From the IMG/VR virus record IMGVR_UViG_3300003660_000011: a DNA stretch of 47,473 bases; one strand, 5' to 3'. Numbering within the stretch: position 1 is the stretch's first letter; every line of letters begins with the position of its first letter. Made by a program: the position numbers and the translations under genes. The notes beneath the pieces were generated by a model. It was not told the DNA's origin and made no database searches. It was given only the letters and a program-made list of their open reading frames with translations. Below, one piece after another: positions 16,130 to 25,900 of this stretch. Source of the DNA: a virus.

Positions 16130-16557
16130 GCAAGTCTGAGCTGATCCTCGTGACTGCGAAGCACTCCGGGTTCTACGGTTCGTACCGTGAACCCGGGGAC
16201 GTCTTCGAGATCGCGCCCAGCCATTTCAGCACGCGCTGGATGGACAAGGGCGACACGCGGCAGGCGAAGGCGCCTGCTGCAGACCTGAAGCGCGCCGCGC
16301 GACAGGAAGCCCTCGCCGCGGGCGGCGCAAACGCCGCCCTCGAAACGGCGCTCAAGGACCTGGCGGATGCCAAGGCCGAGATCGTCGAACGCGACGCCAA
16401 GATCGCGGAACTCGAGGCGAAACTGGCCGAGGCTCTGGGACCTGTCCAAGACAGCGCACCCGAGGTCGAGGAAGCGGCGCCCGAGGAAGAGGCGCCCGCG
16501 GAGCCGCCGCAGGCGGCCGCACCGGTCCAGCGGGTCCGGCGCACCGCGGCCCAGTGA
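16126..16557 (+). CDS. Hypothetical structural-module protein with a coiled-coil and an acidic Pro/Ala/Glu tail
   Basis: ATGA overlap. Contains the AKAEIVERDAKIAELEAKLAEAL heptad-like segment. Confidence 0.55.
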   Translation: MSKSELILVTAKHSGFYGSYREPGDVFEIAPSHFSTRWMDKGDTRQAKAPAADLKRAARQEALAAGGANAALETALKDLADAKAEIVERDAKIAELEAKLAEALGPVQDSAPEVEEAAPEEEAPAEPPQAAAPVQRVRRTAAQ

Positions 16558-16566
16558 AGCGAATGA

Positions 16567-16588
16567 CGGGGGCGCTTCGGCGCCCCCG
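16567..16588 (+). terminator. 9-bp GC hairpin with a TTCG loop
   Basis: CGGGGGCGC, loop TTCG, GCGCCCCCG, followed by CTCTCT. The U tract is weak. Confidence 0.35.
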
Positions 16589-16611
16589 CTCTCTGACGCA
16601 GCGAGGAGCAC

Positions 16612-17253
16612 ATGGTTTCCAAGGTTGAACTTGCCAACATGGCATTGGTGGATGTGCTCGGGCTGGATCAGATCGCCAGCTTGACCGAGAACAGCACCGC
16701 GGCCCGCGCTGCCAACCGTCGGATCGACGGAGTGATCGAGGCCGTCCTGTCGATGTCGGATTGGACGTTTGCCCGCAAGATCGCGGCGCTGGCCGAAGTC
16801 ACGAACACGGACTGGACAGAGCGCTACGAGCGCAAATACACGCTCCCCAACGACATGGCGCGTGCTCGCCGACTGGTGCCGGAGATCGACATTCCGAACA
16901 TGCCTCCGATTGACTACGCGATCGCGAACGGCTCGCTCTACACGAACGAGCCCACGGCGAAGCTGCAGTACACGTTCAAGAACACGGACATCGCCAGCTG
17001 GCCGATGAGCTTCACCGAGGCCGTCGCCTTCTATCTGGCCCGCACTCTCGCCATGCCACTGACCCGCAAGCGCCAGGTCTTCATCGACGCGAACGGCCTG
17101 TTCACGACCCAGTTCGCTGCGGCCGTCGAGTACGACGCCGGGCAGGAAGTCACCTACTGGAGCTACCCGTCCGGCTATCTTGAGGCGCGCGGAGCGAACA
17201 GCTCGCGCGGGGATGGTCGAGGCGTCGACGGCTCGACCTACTGGGGGGATTGA
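16612..17253 (+). CDS. Tail tubular protein A / adaptor-like (T7 gp11-like position)
   Basis: 213 aa. The N-terminal LANMALVDVLGLDQIASL...AARAANRRID...WTFA pattern is typical of podovirus gp11-like proteins. GAGGAG RBS. Confidence 0.5.
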   Translation: MVSKVELANMALVDVLGLDQIASLTENSTAARAANRRIDGVIEAVLSMSDWTFARKIAALAEVTNTDWTERYERKYTLPNDMARARRLVPEIDIPNMPPIDYAIANGSLYTNEPTAKLQYTFKNTDIASWPMSFTEAVAFYLARTLAMPLTRKRQVFIDANGLFTTQFAAAVEYDAGQEVTYWSYPSGYLEARGANSSRGDGRGVDGSTYWGD

Positions 17254-19565
17254 TGCGCGCATTCCAGGGCAGCTTCAACGCGGGCATCATCGGCCCCAGC
17301 ATGTACAGCCGGTCCGATATCGGCAAGTATCAGACCGGCGTCAAGGACGCGCTGAACCTCTTAGTCCGCCCGGAAGGCGGGCTGTTCAACCGCGCGGGGA
17401 CACGCGCGGTGACTGGCTACGACACCTCGCACGCGAACGGAAAGCAGCGGCTGGTGCCCTTCGACCTGAGCGACACCTCGCGGTTCATGCTCGAGTTCAG
17501 CAACCTGAAGCTGCGGGTCATCTTCGATCAGGGCTACGTGCTCAACAGCCTCGTGACACCCAAGACGGTCACCTCAATTTCGGCGGCCAACCCGGCCAAG
17601 CTGGTGCTGTCGGCGCCCGACGCGGCGACTTTCACGGTTGGCCGGCTGGTCTACTTCCTCGACCCAAACGGCACCTCGGTGTTCCACGGCCAGGTCCTCG
17701 AGGTCACCGCCATCGCTGGCACCGAGATCACCTTCAAGATCGTGGGCGGGGTAACCGTCGACACGACCACCGGTGACTGGGGAACGGTTGGCGGAGGCGC
17801 GCAACTGTACGAGGTCTACGAAACGGTTTCCCCGTACGCGGCAGCAGACCTCGCCAAGCTCACCTACGCGCAGGACCTCGAGACCCTGTACATCGCGCAC
17901 CCGCTCTACGCACCGCGCAAGCTGAAGGTCAACGCAGCGGACAACTGGGTCTTCAGCACGTTCGCGGCCGCGCCAACCATCGCCGCCCCCGGGAGCCCGT
18001 CCGCGGCGGCCACTGTCGGGACCGGCACGATCACCTACAAGTACAAGGTCGCCGCGATCTCGGCCGAGACCCGCGAGGAGAGCTTGCCGTCGGCGGAGGC
18101 GACGGTGAATAACAACCTGACGACGGCCGGCAACAGGAACACGTTCAGCTGGGCGGCCGTATCCGGGGCGTCGAGCTACAAGGTCTACAAGGACTTCAAC
18201 GGCATCTTCGGCTACATCGGGATCACCGAGGCGCTGAGCTTCGTCGACGAGAACATCATCCCCGACACGCTCGACAACCCGCAGAGCGGGCGCGACCCCT
18301 TCGTCGGGGCCGGGAACTACCCGAGCGTCGTGACGTTCATCGAACAGCGGCTGACGTTCGCGGCCAGTAACCTGCAGCCACAGGCCGTCGAGATGTCATC
18401 CAGCGTCAACCCGCAGAACTTCAACCGCGCCTTGACGCCTGGCGACAGCGACGCGATCTCGTTCCGCGCCCGCGCCCAGCGCCAGAACCAGATCGTCGCC
18501 ATCATCCCGTTCGACGAGCCGATCATCCTGACCAAGGGCTCGGAGGGTTATGTGCGCGGCGGCGATGACAAGGGGTATCTCACTCCGACGAACCTGGTCC
18601 TTAAGACGACCACCTACCGCGGCTCGGCCGAGTTCCCGAAGCCGTTGCTGATCGGCGAGGCCATCCTGCACGTGCAGCGCGACGGTAGCACGGCTCGCGA
18701 GTATGTTCCGCAGCGCACGGACCAGGAGAGCGCCGATCTGACGCTGCTCGCCCGGCACCTGTTCAAGGGCCGCACCATCACGTCGTGGGCCTACGCCCAG
18801 GCGCCTGACAGCGTGGTCTGGGTCACCACCAATCTCGGGGAGCTGTACAGCCTGACCTACGCCGTCGAGCACGAGGTCTGGGGCTGGACGCGGCACCAGT
18901 TGGGCGGGACCGACGTGTTCGTCCACCAGGTCGAGGTTCTTCCGTCCGGTCGCTTCGACGAGGTCTATTTCGTTGTCTCGCGTACGCTGTACGGCCAGAC
19001 CGTCACGTGGGTCGAGGCTCTCGACAACCGGGACTTCGCCGGCGACGTCAAGAAAGCCTACTTCGTGGACGCAGGCGACACCTACCAAGGCGCCGCGCAG
19101 CAGGTAGTGCGCGGTTTCCTGCACCTGCGAGGTTCGGCGGTGTCAGTGCTGGCCGATGGCTCGGTGCTCGATGACGTCGTCGTGACGGCGCAGGGCCGGG
19201 TCGATCTCCAGGCGCCGTCGATCATGGCGCATGTCGGGCTTGCATACACGGCCGAGTTCACGACCTTGGCGATCGACTTCAGCAGCCCGCAAGACGGCAG
19301 CGTCGTCGGCCGGCTGAAGTCCACGGCCGAGGTCTTCCTGCAGGTCGAGGACACCCGCGGCCTCGCGGTCGGGCGGGAGGGTGGCGATCTCGAGGAGATC
19401 AAGCAGTTCACGGGCGAGGAGCCGATCCCGCTCGAGACGGCCACCTTGCGCGCCACCGTCGACGGTGATTGGGTCACGGATGCGAGGATCACGGTTCGGC
19501 AGGTCTACCCGCTGCCGATGACGGTGACCGGCATCGCGCCGGACTGGGAGGTCAGCGACACATGA
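17253..19565 (+). CDS. Tail tubular protein B / nozzle-like (T7 gp12-like position)
   Basis: 770 aa. TGATG coupling to the previous gene. Called from size and order. Confidence 0.5.
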   Translation: MRAFQGSFNAGIIGPSMYSRSDIGKYQTGVKDALNLLVRPEGGLFNRAGTRAVTGYDTSHANGKQRLVPFDLSDTSRFMLEFSNLKLRVIFDQGYVLNSLVTPKTVTSISAANPAKLVLSAPDAATFTVGRLVYFLDPNGTSVFHGQVLEVTAIAGTEITFKIVGGVTVDTTTGDWGTVGGGAQLYEVYETVSPYAAADLAKLTYAQDLETLYIAHPLYAPRKLKVNAADNWVFSTFAAAPTIAAPGSPSAAATVGTGTITYKYKVAAISAETREESLPSAEATVNNNLTTAGNRNTFSWAAVSGASSYKVYKDFNGIFGYIGITEALSFVDENIIPDTLDNPQSGRDPFVGAGNYPSVVTFIEQRLTFAASNLQPQAVEMSSSVNPQNFNRALTPGDSDAISFRARAQRQNQIVAIIPFDEPIILTKGSEGYVRGGDDKGYLTPTNLVLKTTTYRGSAEFPKPLLIGEAILHVQRDGSTAREYVPQRTDQESADLTLLARHLFKGRTITSWAYAQAPDSVVWVTTNLGELYSLTYAVEHEVWGWTRHQLGGTDVFVHQVEVLPSGRFDEVYFVVSRTLYGQTVTWVEALDNRDFAGDVKKAYFVDAGDTYQGAAQQVVRGFLHLRGSAVSVLADGSVLDDVVVTAQGRVDLQAPSIMAHVGLAYTAEFTTLAIDFSSPQDGSVVGRLKSTAEVFLQVEDTRGLAVGREGGDLEEIKQFTGEEPIPLETATLRATVDGDWVTDARITVRQVYPLPMTVTGIAPDWEVSDT

Positions 19566-20017
19566 TCCGCTTCGCACCGGCTACCGAGCAGGACTGCCGA
19601 TACCTCGCGCCGTTGCTGCGGCGTCTCGACGTCGAGGAGCTGCGGCTGACGGGCGAGCCGGACCCGGCACGCGCTTTGCGGAATGCTCTTGCGCTGTCAG
19701 ATGGCCGCGCGCTGACGGCGTTCGAGGACTTCCTGCCGATCGCCATGTTCGGGATCACTCCGAACTACATGCTCGGCGAGGCGATCCCGTGGATGCTCGG
19801 CACCGATGATGTCCCCAAGCACAGTCGCGAGTTGGTGAAGTGGGCGCGGCCCGTTTGCCAGAAATGGCTCGAAGAGTTTCCGATCCTGCTGAACGAGGTC
19901 TGGGTCGGGAACATTCCTGCCGTGCAGTTCCTCAAGCACACTGGGTTCGCATTTGCAGAGCCGAGGCAAAACGAGTATGGTGCAGAGATGGCACTATTTT
20001 ACATGCGGAGGTCCTGA
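19562..20017 (+). CDS. Internal virion protein (T7 gp13-like position)
   Basis: 151 aa. ATGA overlap. Called from gene order only. Confidence 0.4.
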   Translation: MIRFAPATEQDCRYLAPLLRRLDVEELRLTGEPDPARALRNALALSDGRALTAFEDFLPIAMFGITPNYMLGEAIPWMLGTDDVPKHSRELVKWARPVCQKWLEEFPILLNEVWVGNIPAVQFLKHTGFAFAEPRQNEYGAEMALFYMRRS

Positions 20018-20018
20018 G

Positions 20019-20522
20019 ATGTGCGGAGTTCAAGCCTTGATGATCGGCTCGACCCTGCTCAGCGGGGTCGGCGCCGTCATGGCCGGAAACGCCAACGCTG
20101 CGGCGGCGAACTACAACGCCCAGATACAGATGCAGAATGCGATCTTCGCCGACGAACGAGCGAAAGACGCACTTGAACGCGGCGCCGAGGAGGAGAGCCG
20201 GGTTCGGCGTGAGGGCACGCTGGTGCGCAAGGGGCAGGAAGCTCGCTTCGGCGCGGCCGGGATCGACCTGGCGTACGGTTCACCACTCGACGCGATCATC
20301 TCTTCGGCGACCCAGGCCGAGCTCGACGCGCTGACGATCCGGGAAAACGCCAACCGTGAGGCGGAGGACTTCGAGCGGGAGGCCTGGAGCTACCGTGCAG
20401 GCGCAGGGCTCAGCCGCATGGAAGCGAAGAACGCCAAGCGCGCCGGGATCATCTCGGGCGTCGGCAACGTGCTGTCGGGCGGGGTCGAGGTCTATAAGTA
20501 CAGGGCGGGGCAAAGGGCATGA
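20019..20522 (+). CDS. Internal virion protein with an N-terminal hydrophobic segment (T7 gp14-like position)
   Basis: GGAGG RBS. MCGVQALMIGSTLLSGVGAVMAG is followed by a charged helical region. 167 aa. Confidence 0.45.
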   Translation: MCGVQALMIGSTLLSGVGAVMAGNANAAAANYNAQIQMQNAIFADERAKDALERGAEEESRVRREGTLVRKGQEARFGAAGIDLAYGSPLDAIISSATQAELDALTIRENANREAEDFEREAWSYRAGAGLSRMEAKNAKRAGIISGVGNVLSGGVEVYKYRAGQRA

Positions 20523-22888
20523 GGCTTCCAGTCTATGAACAGCAAGTCAGGCTCGTGGGCCGCAACCGCACCGATCTCACGGCGCGGGCCAGTGGAGCCG
20601 CTTTCGGCGCGCAGGTCGGTGACGCTGTTCAGGGACTGGGTGAAGGCGTCATGCGCATGGCCCAGGCGAAGCAGTTCAAGGAGAACCTCGTCGCCGACGC
20701 GGACGCCCGCAAAGGGCTGAACGAGTACATCGACTACCAGCGCGAAGTCCTCTACGACCCGCAGTCAGGCGCGCTTACCCAGACCGGCGCGAATGCCCTG
20801 GGACCGAACCGAGAGCGGGCCGAGGCCGCCTTGAAAGAGCGCCGTCGCGCCCTTGAGGAGAAGCTCGGGCCGCAGGCGCGGAAGATTTTCAGTGAGGCCG
20901 CCGATCGCCTTGAGGACACCAGCTCCGACGCGCTGATCAAGCATGACGCGAATGAGACCCGGAACTACGTCAACGGCCAATCGCAGGCGACCGCGGAGAA
21001 CTTCCTGCGGGTGGCGATGGATAACTACGGCGACGACGCCAAGTGGAACGAGTATGTCGGCGCCGCGCTGGCCGAGGTCGAGACGTCAGGCCGCCTGAAC
21101 GGGCTTTCGCCGGAGCAGATCACCGCCAAGAAGACCGAGATCATCGCTCAGTCGCACAGCAACCGGGCGATCCGCATCGCCTACGACGACCCAGTGAAAG
21201 CCGACGCCTACCTGGACAGCAAGCGCGCCGAACTCGGCGAGGCTGAGTACAGCCGGCTGAAGACCGGGATGGAGGCGGCCGTCGTCGAGCACAAGGCCGA
21301 GAAGGTCATCGACGAGCTGGCAGGCAATGACGCGTATATCGGCAGCGCTGGGCAGGTCGACAGCCTTGGGCGAGAGAGCTACATCGTCGGCCCCGAGAGC
21401 GGCGGCAACAGCTCGGCCGCCAACCCGCTGAGCACGGCGACCGGGCAGGTCCAATTCCTGGAGGGGACCTATCTGGAGTGGGTCGGCAAGGTGAACCCGG
21501 CGTGGGCCGCCGGGATGAGCCGTGAGGAAATCCTGGCAACCCGTGGTGATCCGGTCAAGGAAGCCGAAATTTACCGCGCCTTCCGCGACAACAACCTCCG
21601 TATCCTGGCGGACAGAGGCTTTGCTGACACGCCGCGAAATCGGTACGTCATGCATCACATGGGGGTTGGTGACGGTCCGAAGCTGCTCGCGCTCGAGGCG
21701 GCCGGACAAGGTAATCTCGCACTGGCGGATGTGCTACCAGCCGCCACCATCGCCGCCAACCCGCACATGAAGGGTAAGACCGTGGGCGCTTTCTTGGCGA
21801 CCCTGCAGGGCAAGGTCAACGCGCACGGCGGCAACGGCGGCATGAGCGCCCGTGCCGCGTACGAAGCAGTCATGGCGATCGAGGACCCGAAGGTCCGCGC
21901 CGCGGCGATGTCGAAGCTGGACGCGCGGCTCAAAGCCGAAGAGGCGCTGACCAGCCAGGATCAGAAAGCGGCGGCGGACGAGGCGTGGAAGCTGTACACG
22001 CAGGAGGGTATGAAGCCCGAAAGCGTACCGATGGACTTGCAGATCAGGATGGGCCGTGAGGCCACACTGAACTTCTTCGAGAGCGCGCGTGCGTACGAGA
22101 GCGGCACGCTTGTGACCGACGAGCTGCGCTATTCCGAGCTGCAGCGCATGGCCGTCGAGGACCCGCAAGGTTTCGCCGATCTGGACCTGAGATACGATCG
22201 GAAGAACTTCTCGAAAGGCGACTACCGGGCGATCGAGCAGATGCAGCTCGAGATCATCAACACGATGAGTGCGAACGAGGGCAAGACCCGCGACGCGCTG
22301 AACGATCCAGCCACGATGAAGTCGGTCTACGATGCGGCTGAGCGGGTCTACCAGGACGCTGTTCCGTCGGCCGAGAGCCGCCGCAGCCAGGCCGAGGCAG
22401 CGGCGTACAACCGCTTCCAGGAGCAGGTTAAAGGATACGCGCGGGACTTCATGCAGGAGAAGGGTCGCCCCATGACCTTCGACGAGCAGGACCGCCTGTT
22501 CTCCATGCTCTTGACCCCGGTCATCATCGAGGACGACAGCGGGCTTTTCGGCAGCTCACGGGACGCCATGCTATTCGACGCGCCGTTCCGCGAGAGTGGT
22601 GAGCGCGTGCGCGGAAACGTTCCTGCTGAGGATGTATCGCTGGTGGACGAGCAAGAGGCGCGGACAGAGCTCAAGGAGTTCTTCGGGCGCGAGCCCACCG
22701 AGGACGAGGTCGTCACACACTACAACCGGAAGCTGCTCGCCGACATGGGGATCAGCCCGGAGATGGAGTATGCGGAGATACCGAGGGACATCCGCCGCAA
22801 GATGCAGGATCAGTACCCAGACGCAAGCGACGAGGAGCTGGTCGACCTCTATGTGGATTTCGTTCTTGAGACAGCCAAGCGACAGTGA
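20519..22888 (+). CDS. Internal virion protein with a lytic transglycosylase (SLT) domain
   Basis: GPESGGNSSAANPLSTATGQVQFLEGTY around nt 21395 matches the SLT catalytic Glu-Ser ... GxxQ ... motif series. 789 aa. Confidence 0.7.
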   Translation: MRLPVYEQQVRLVGRNRTDLTARASGAAFGAQVGDAVQGLGEGVMRMAQAKQFKENLVADADARKGLNEYIDYQREVLYDPQSGALTQTGANALGPNRERAEAALKERRRALEEKLGPQARKIFSEAADRLEDTSSDALIKHDANETRNYVNGQSQATAENFLRVAMDNYGDDAKWNEYVGAALAEVETSGRLNGLSPEQITAKKTEIIAQSHSNRAIRIAYDDPVKADAYLDSKRAELGEAEYSRLKTGMEAAVVEHKAEKVIDELAGNDAYIGSAGQVDSLGRESYIVGPESGGNSSAANPLSTATGQVQFLEGTYLEWVGKVNPAWAAGMSREEILATRGDPVKEAEIYRAFRDNNLRILADRGFADTPRNRYVMHHMGVGDGPKLLALEAAGQGNLALADVLPAATIAANPHMKGKTVGAFLATLQGKVNAHGGNGGMSARAAYEAVMAIEDPKVRAAAMSKLDARLKAEEALTSQDQKAAADEAWKLYTQEGMKPESVPMDLQIRMGREATLNFFESARAYESGTLVTDELRYSELQRMAVEDPQGFADLDLRYDRKNFSKGDYRAIEQMQLEIINTMSANEGKTRDALNDPATMKSVYDAAERVYQDAVPSAESRRSQAEAAAYNRFQEQVKGYARDFMQEKGRPMTFDEQDRLFSMLLTPVIIEDDSGLFGSSRDAMLFDAPFRESGERVRGNVPAEDVSLVDEQEARTELKEFFGREPTEDEVVTHYNRKLLADMGISPEMEYAEIPRDIRRKMQDQYPDASDEELVDLYVDFVLETAKRQ

Positions 22889-22897
22889 TACTGTCGC
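22879..22897 (+). promoter_or_regulatory. Hairpin spanning the stop of the SLT gene and ending 3 nt before the giant-ORF ATG
   Basis: GCGACAGT (22879-22886) pairs with ACTGTCGC (22890-22897). No Shine-Dalgarno sequence is visible upstream of ATG 22901. Confidence 0.4.
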
Positions 22898-22900
22898 GCA

Positions 22901-25900
22901 ATGGCTGAACTCGATTTCCTGAACGGAACCCCGACCGCCCCCGGTGAGACGGAGTTCGATGCGTGGTTGCGGGATCGCAACCAGAAAAGCGCCCTGCGCG
23001 CGTCCACGGTTCTGACGGCAGCGCGTACCGTCACCACCCCGGAGGAGGTCGCCAAGCGTCGCAGCGTCGCGGCGCTGGCCGGCTCTGTCCTCGGGACAAA
23101 CCTCCCGGCCCGGCTTCTGACCGACCCCATGACGCTGCAGATGGTCGAGAACAAGGTGATCAGCACCCGGGCGCTGGACACGTTGCGGAAGAACCCGCTC
23201 CTCGCCGAGTGGTTCTCGGACCAGGACAACGCGGCCATCGCCAGCACGGACGTTGAGGAACTGGGGCTGATGTCCCAGGTCCTGTATGGTGTGGCGCGCG
23301 GCGCTGACAAGTTCTACGACGACCTGGTCGGCCCCGGCGCGAACTTCCGCACCACGGCCGAAGCCCTATCGCGCGCGCGTGACAGCCAGCGCACCTATAC
23401 CGAGTTGCTCGCTGAAGAGCGGGCCGCCTCTGCGGGCGGTGTCGAACCGGTGGGCGGCATTGCCGGCGCGCGGGTCGCGGCGCAGAAAGCCAGCGGCACC
23501 GCACCGAAGACGACCGACGAGGACGCGGCCAACCCGTTCGCCTCGGCGCGCGCGATGAAGCGCTGGCTCGACGGTCGCATTTACGGGGTCACCTCGTTCA
23601 ACGATCAGGAGGACCTCGAGGGGGATAACACCGAGGCCACCCGCGAGATGCAGCGCGAGGAGGTTGAGCGCCAGGAGGACTTCCCGATCGGGCGCGGGGC
23701 CGCCGAAGTCTCCCGCAAGCTGGCGGAGATACCGGCCGAGGCGGGCTTCCTCGAGAGCACGAAGACCGTGTTCGACATCATGACTGAGCGCCCGGGCGAC
23801 TTCGTCGGGTTCCTCGCGGGTACGGCGGCAGAGAGCGGCGTCTCACTGATCGCTGCCGCCGGGGTTACCGCGGCGACGCGCAACCCTGCGCTGGGCCGCG
23901 TCGCCATGTTCGGTACCGCGGTGCCGGTGGTCCGGGCCTCGAACACGTTGGAGATGGCTTCCGAGATGGGCTACGACCTGTCGAAGCCGGAGGATGCCCG
24001 GCGCCTGGCGCAGAACCCGAGCGATCTGGAGCGCATCGTCGATAGCGCCGGGGCCTACTCGACCGTCATTTCTATGGTCGACGCGCTGACCGCCGGGCTC
24101 GGCTCGGCGATGGCGAAGAACCCCGTCGGCAGTTTCGCGATCGAGGCGATCTCGCAAGCGGTCGCCGGTGGCGGAGGCGAAATCCTGGCCCGCATGGTGA
24201 GCGGGCAGCAGTGGTCATGGACGGACGCGATCCTTGAAGGTCTGGCCGAGATGGCGACCGCCCCGTTCGAAGCGATGGGCGTGGGCAGCGAGGTCGTCTT
24301 CCGCAAGTATCGCGAGAGCCAGCGCGCATCAGATCGGCGCGGGTTCTTCCAGGCGCTGAGCCAGGGTTCGGCTGATAGCGCGCTGCGCAAGCGCTCGCCG
24401 GAGGCCTACAAGTCGGCGATCGAGAAGCTCACCAAGGACGGTCCTGTCGAGAATGTATACGTCGATGCCGGGCGCATGGAACAGCTGTTCCAGGACGATC
24501 CCGAGGCGTTGCGCGCACTCTTCGACGCGGTGCCCGATCTTGACTACCGTGCCTTCCAGAAGGCCGCCGAAACCGGCAGCGTCTTCGCGATCCCGACGGC
24601 CACCTACGCCGCGAACATCGCGGGGACCGAGATCGACGCGCGGCTGACGGACCACCTTCGCCTACGCCCAGATCGGCTCTCCTACGCAGAGGCGCAGGAG
24701 GCGATGGCCGAGACCGAAGAGCAGATGAAAGGGTTCGAAAAGCGCCTCAAGGAACTTGAGGAAACCGCCGATCTGGACCCCGCAGCGCAGCAGGAATACG
24801 AGGACCTGACAACGCAGCTGATCGCTGCCGGCCGGGCGCCGGGCGTGGCTCGGGCCGAGGCGCAGCTCTTGGCAAGCACCGTGCAGACGATGGCCCAGCG
24901 CCAGGGTGTCACGACGGCGGAGTACGTGCGGCGCAACCTGCTGCCGACGATCCGTCGCGAGACCTCGACCGCCGAGAAGTCGCCGTTCCGCGTGATGCGC
25001 ATGGGTGATCTGAGCGAGGCGCTACGCGATCCTTCGCGCGCGACGCTGCCCGAGTTTGCCGCAATCGCTGACGAGCTCGCCGAGCAGAACCTGACGCCGG
25101 AGACGGCGTCAGAAGATGACATCAGGCTAGCAGCAATATCGGTTGCTGACAGAGGAGGGCTTGTTTCTAGTCTCGACGAGGAGTTCCTGCTGACGCCGAG
25201 CGGCATCTACCGGGCCACCCCCGGCGAGCCGATGATGCAGACCGTCAGTCTGCGCAACGGGACCGAGGACCTGTCTGCGTGGGGACACACCCCTGGCAAG
25301 TCGATCACGACCCGGGCCTTGGCGCTGATCATGCAGGCCCGCCAGCGCGCGCACTATGGCAAGATCAAGCGCACCGACTTCAGCCAGAAGACCGTCGAGA
25401 AGATGGCCAACTGGATGGCGGATGAGATCGAGTTCGAACTTCAGACACCCGGCGCCACGGCCGAGGGCTGGTACACCACGAAGTTCCAGGCCGCCCTCGA
25501 CGTCATGACCGCCCGGTTCCCGGAGTTCGACACTTCGGTCGAGGAGTTCGTCCGGCCGAATTTGCCCGGCCTGCGCAAGGTTAAGTCCGCGTACGAGGCA
25601 CGCCAGCTGATGACGATGATCATCGCGGTGACCTCGAACGGCGCCAAGGTGACCGACAACTACCGGATGGCCGTCGACGCGTACCGCCAGTACCGCGAGA
25701 CCGGCCGGTTCATCAAGGTCAAGAACGGCGGCGATCGGGCGAACTCGATCACCAGCCACCTGAACCGGATCGCGCAGCTGATCGGGGAGTTCGACAGCGT
25801 CTCGGAGGTTCAGGCCTTCCTGACCGAGGACGTCACTGTCTCGGACCTGAACAAGCAGCTGAAGGCGATCGGGATGCCGGTCCTCAGCAAGATGCCGTCC

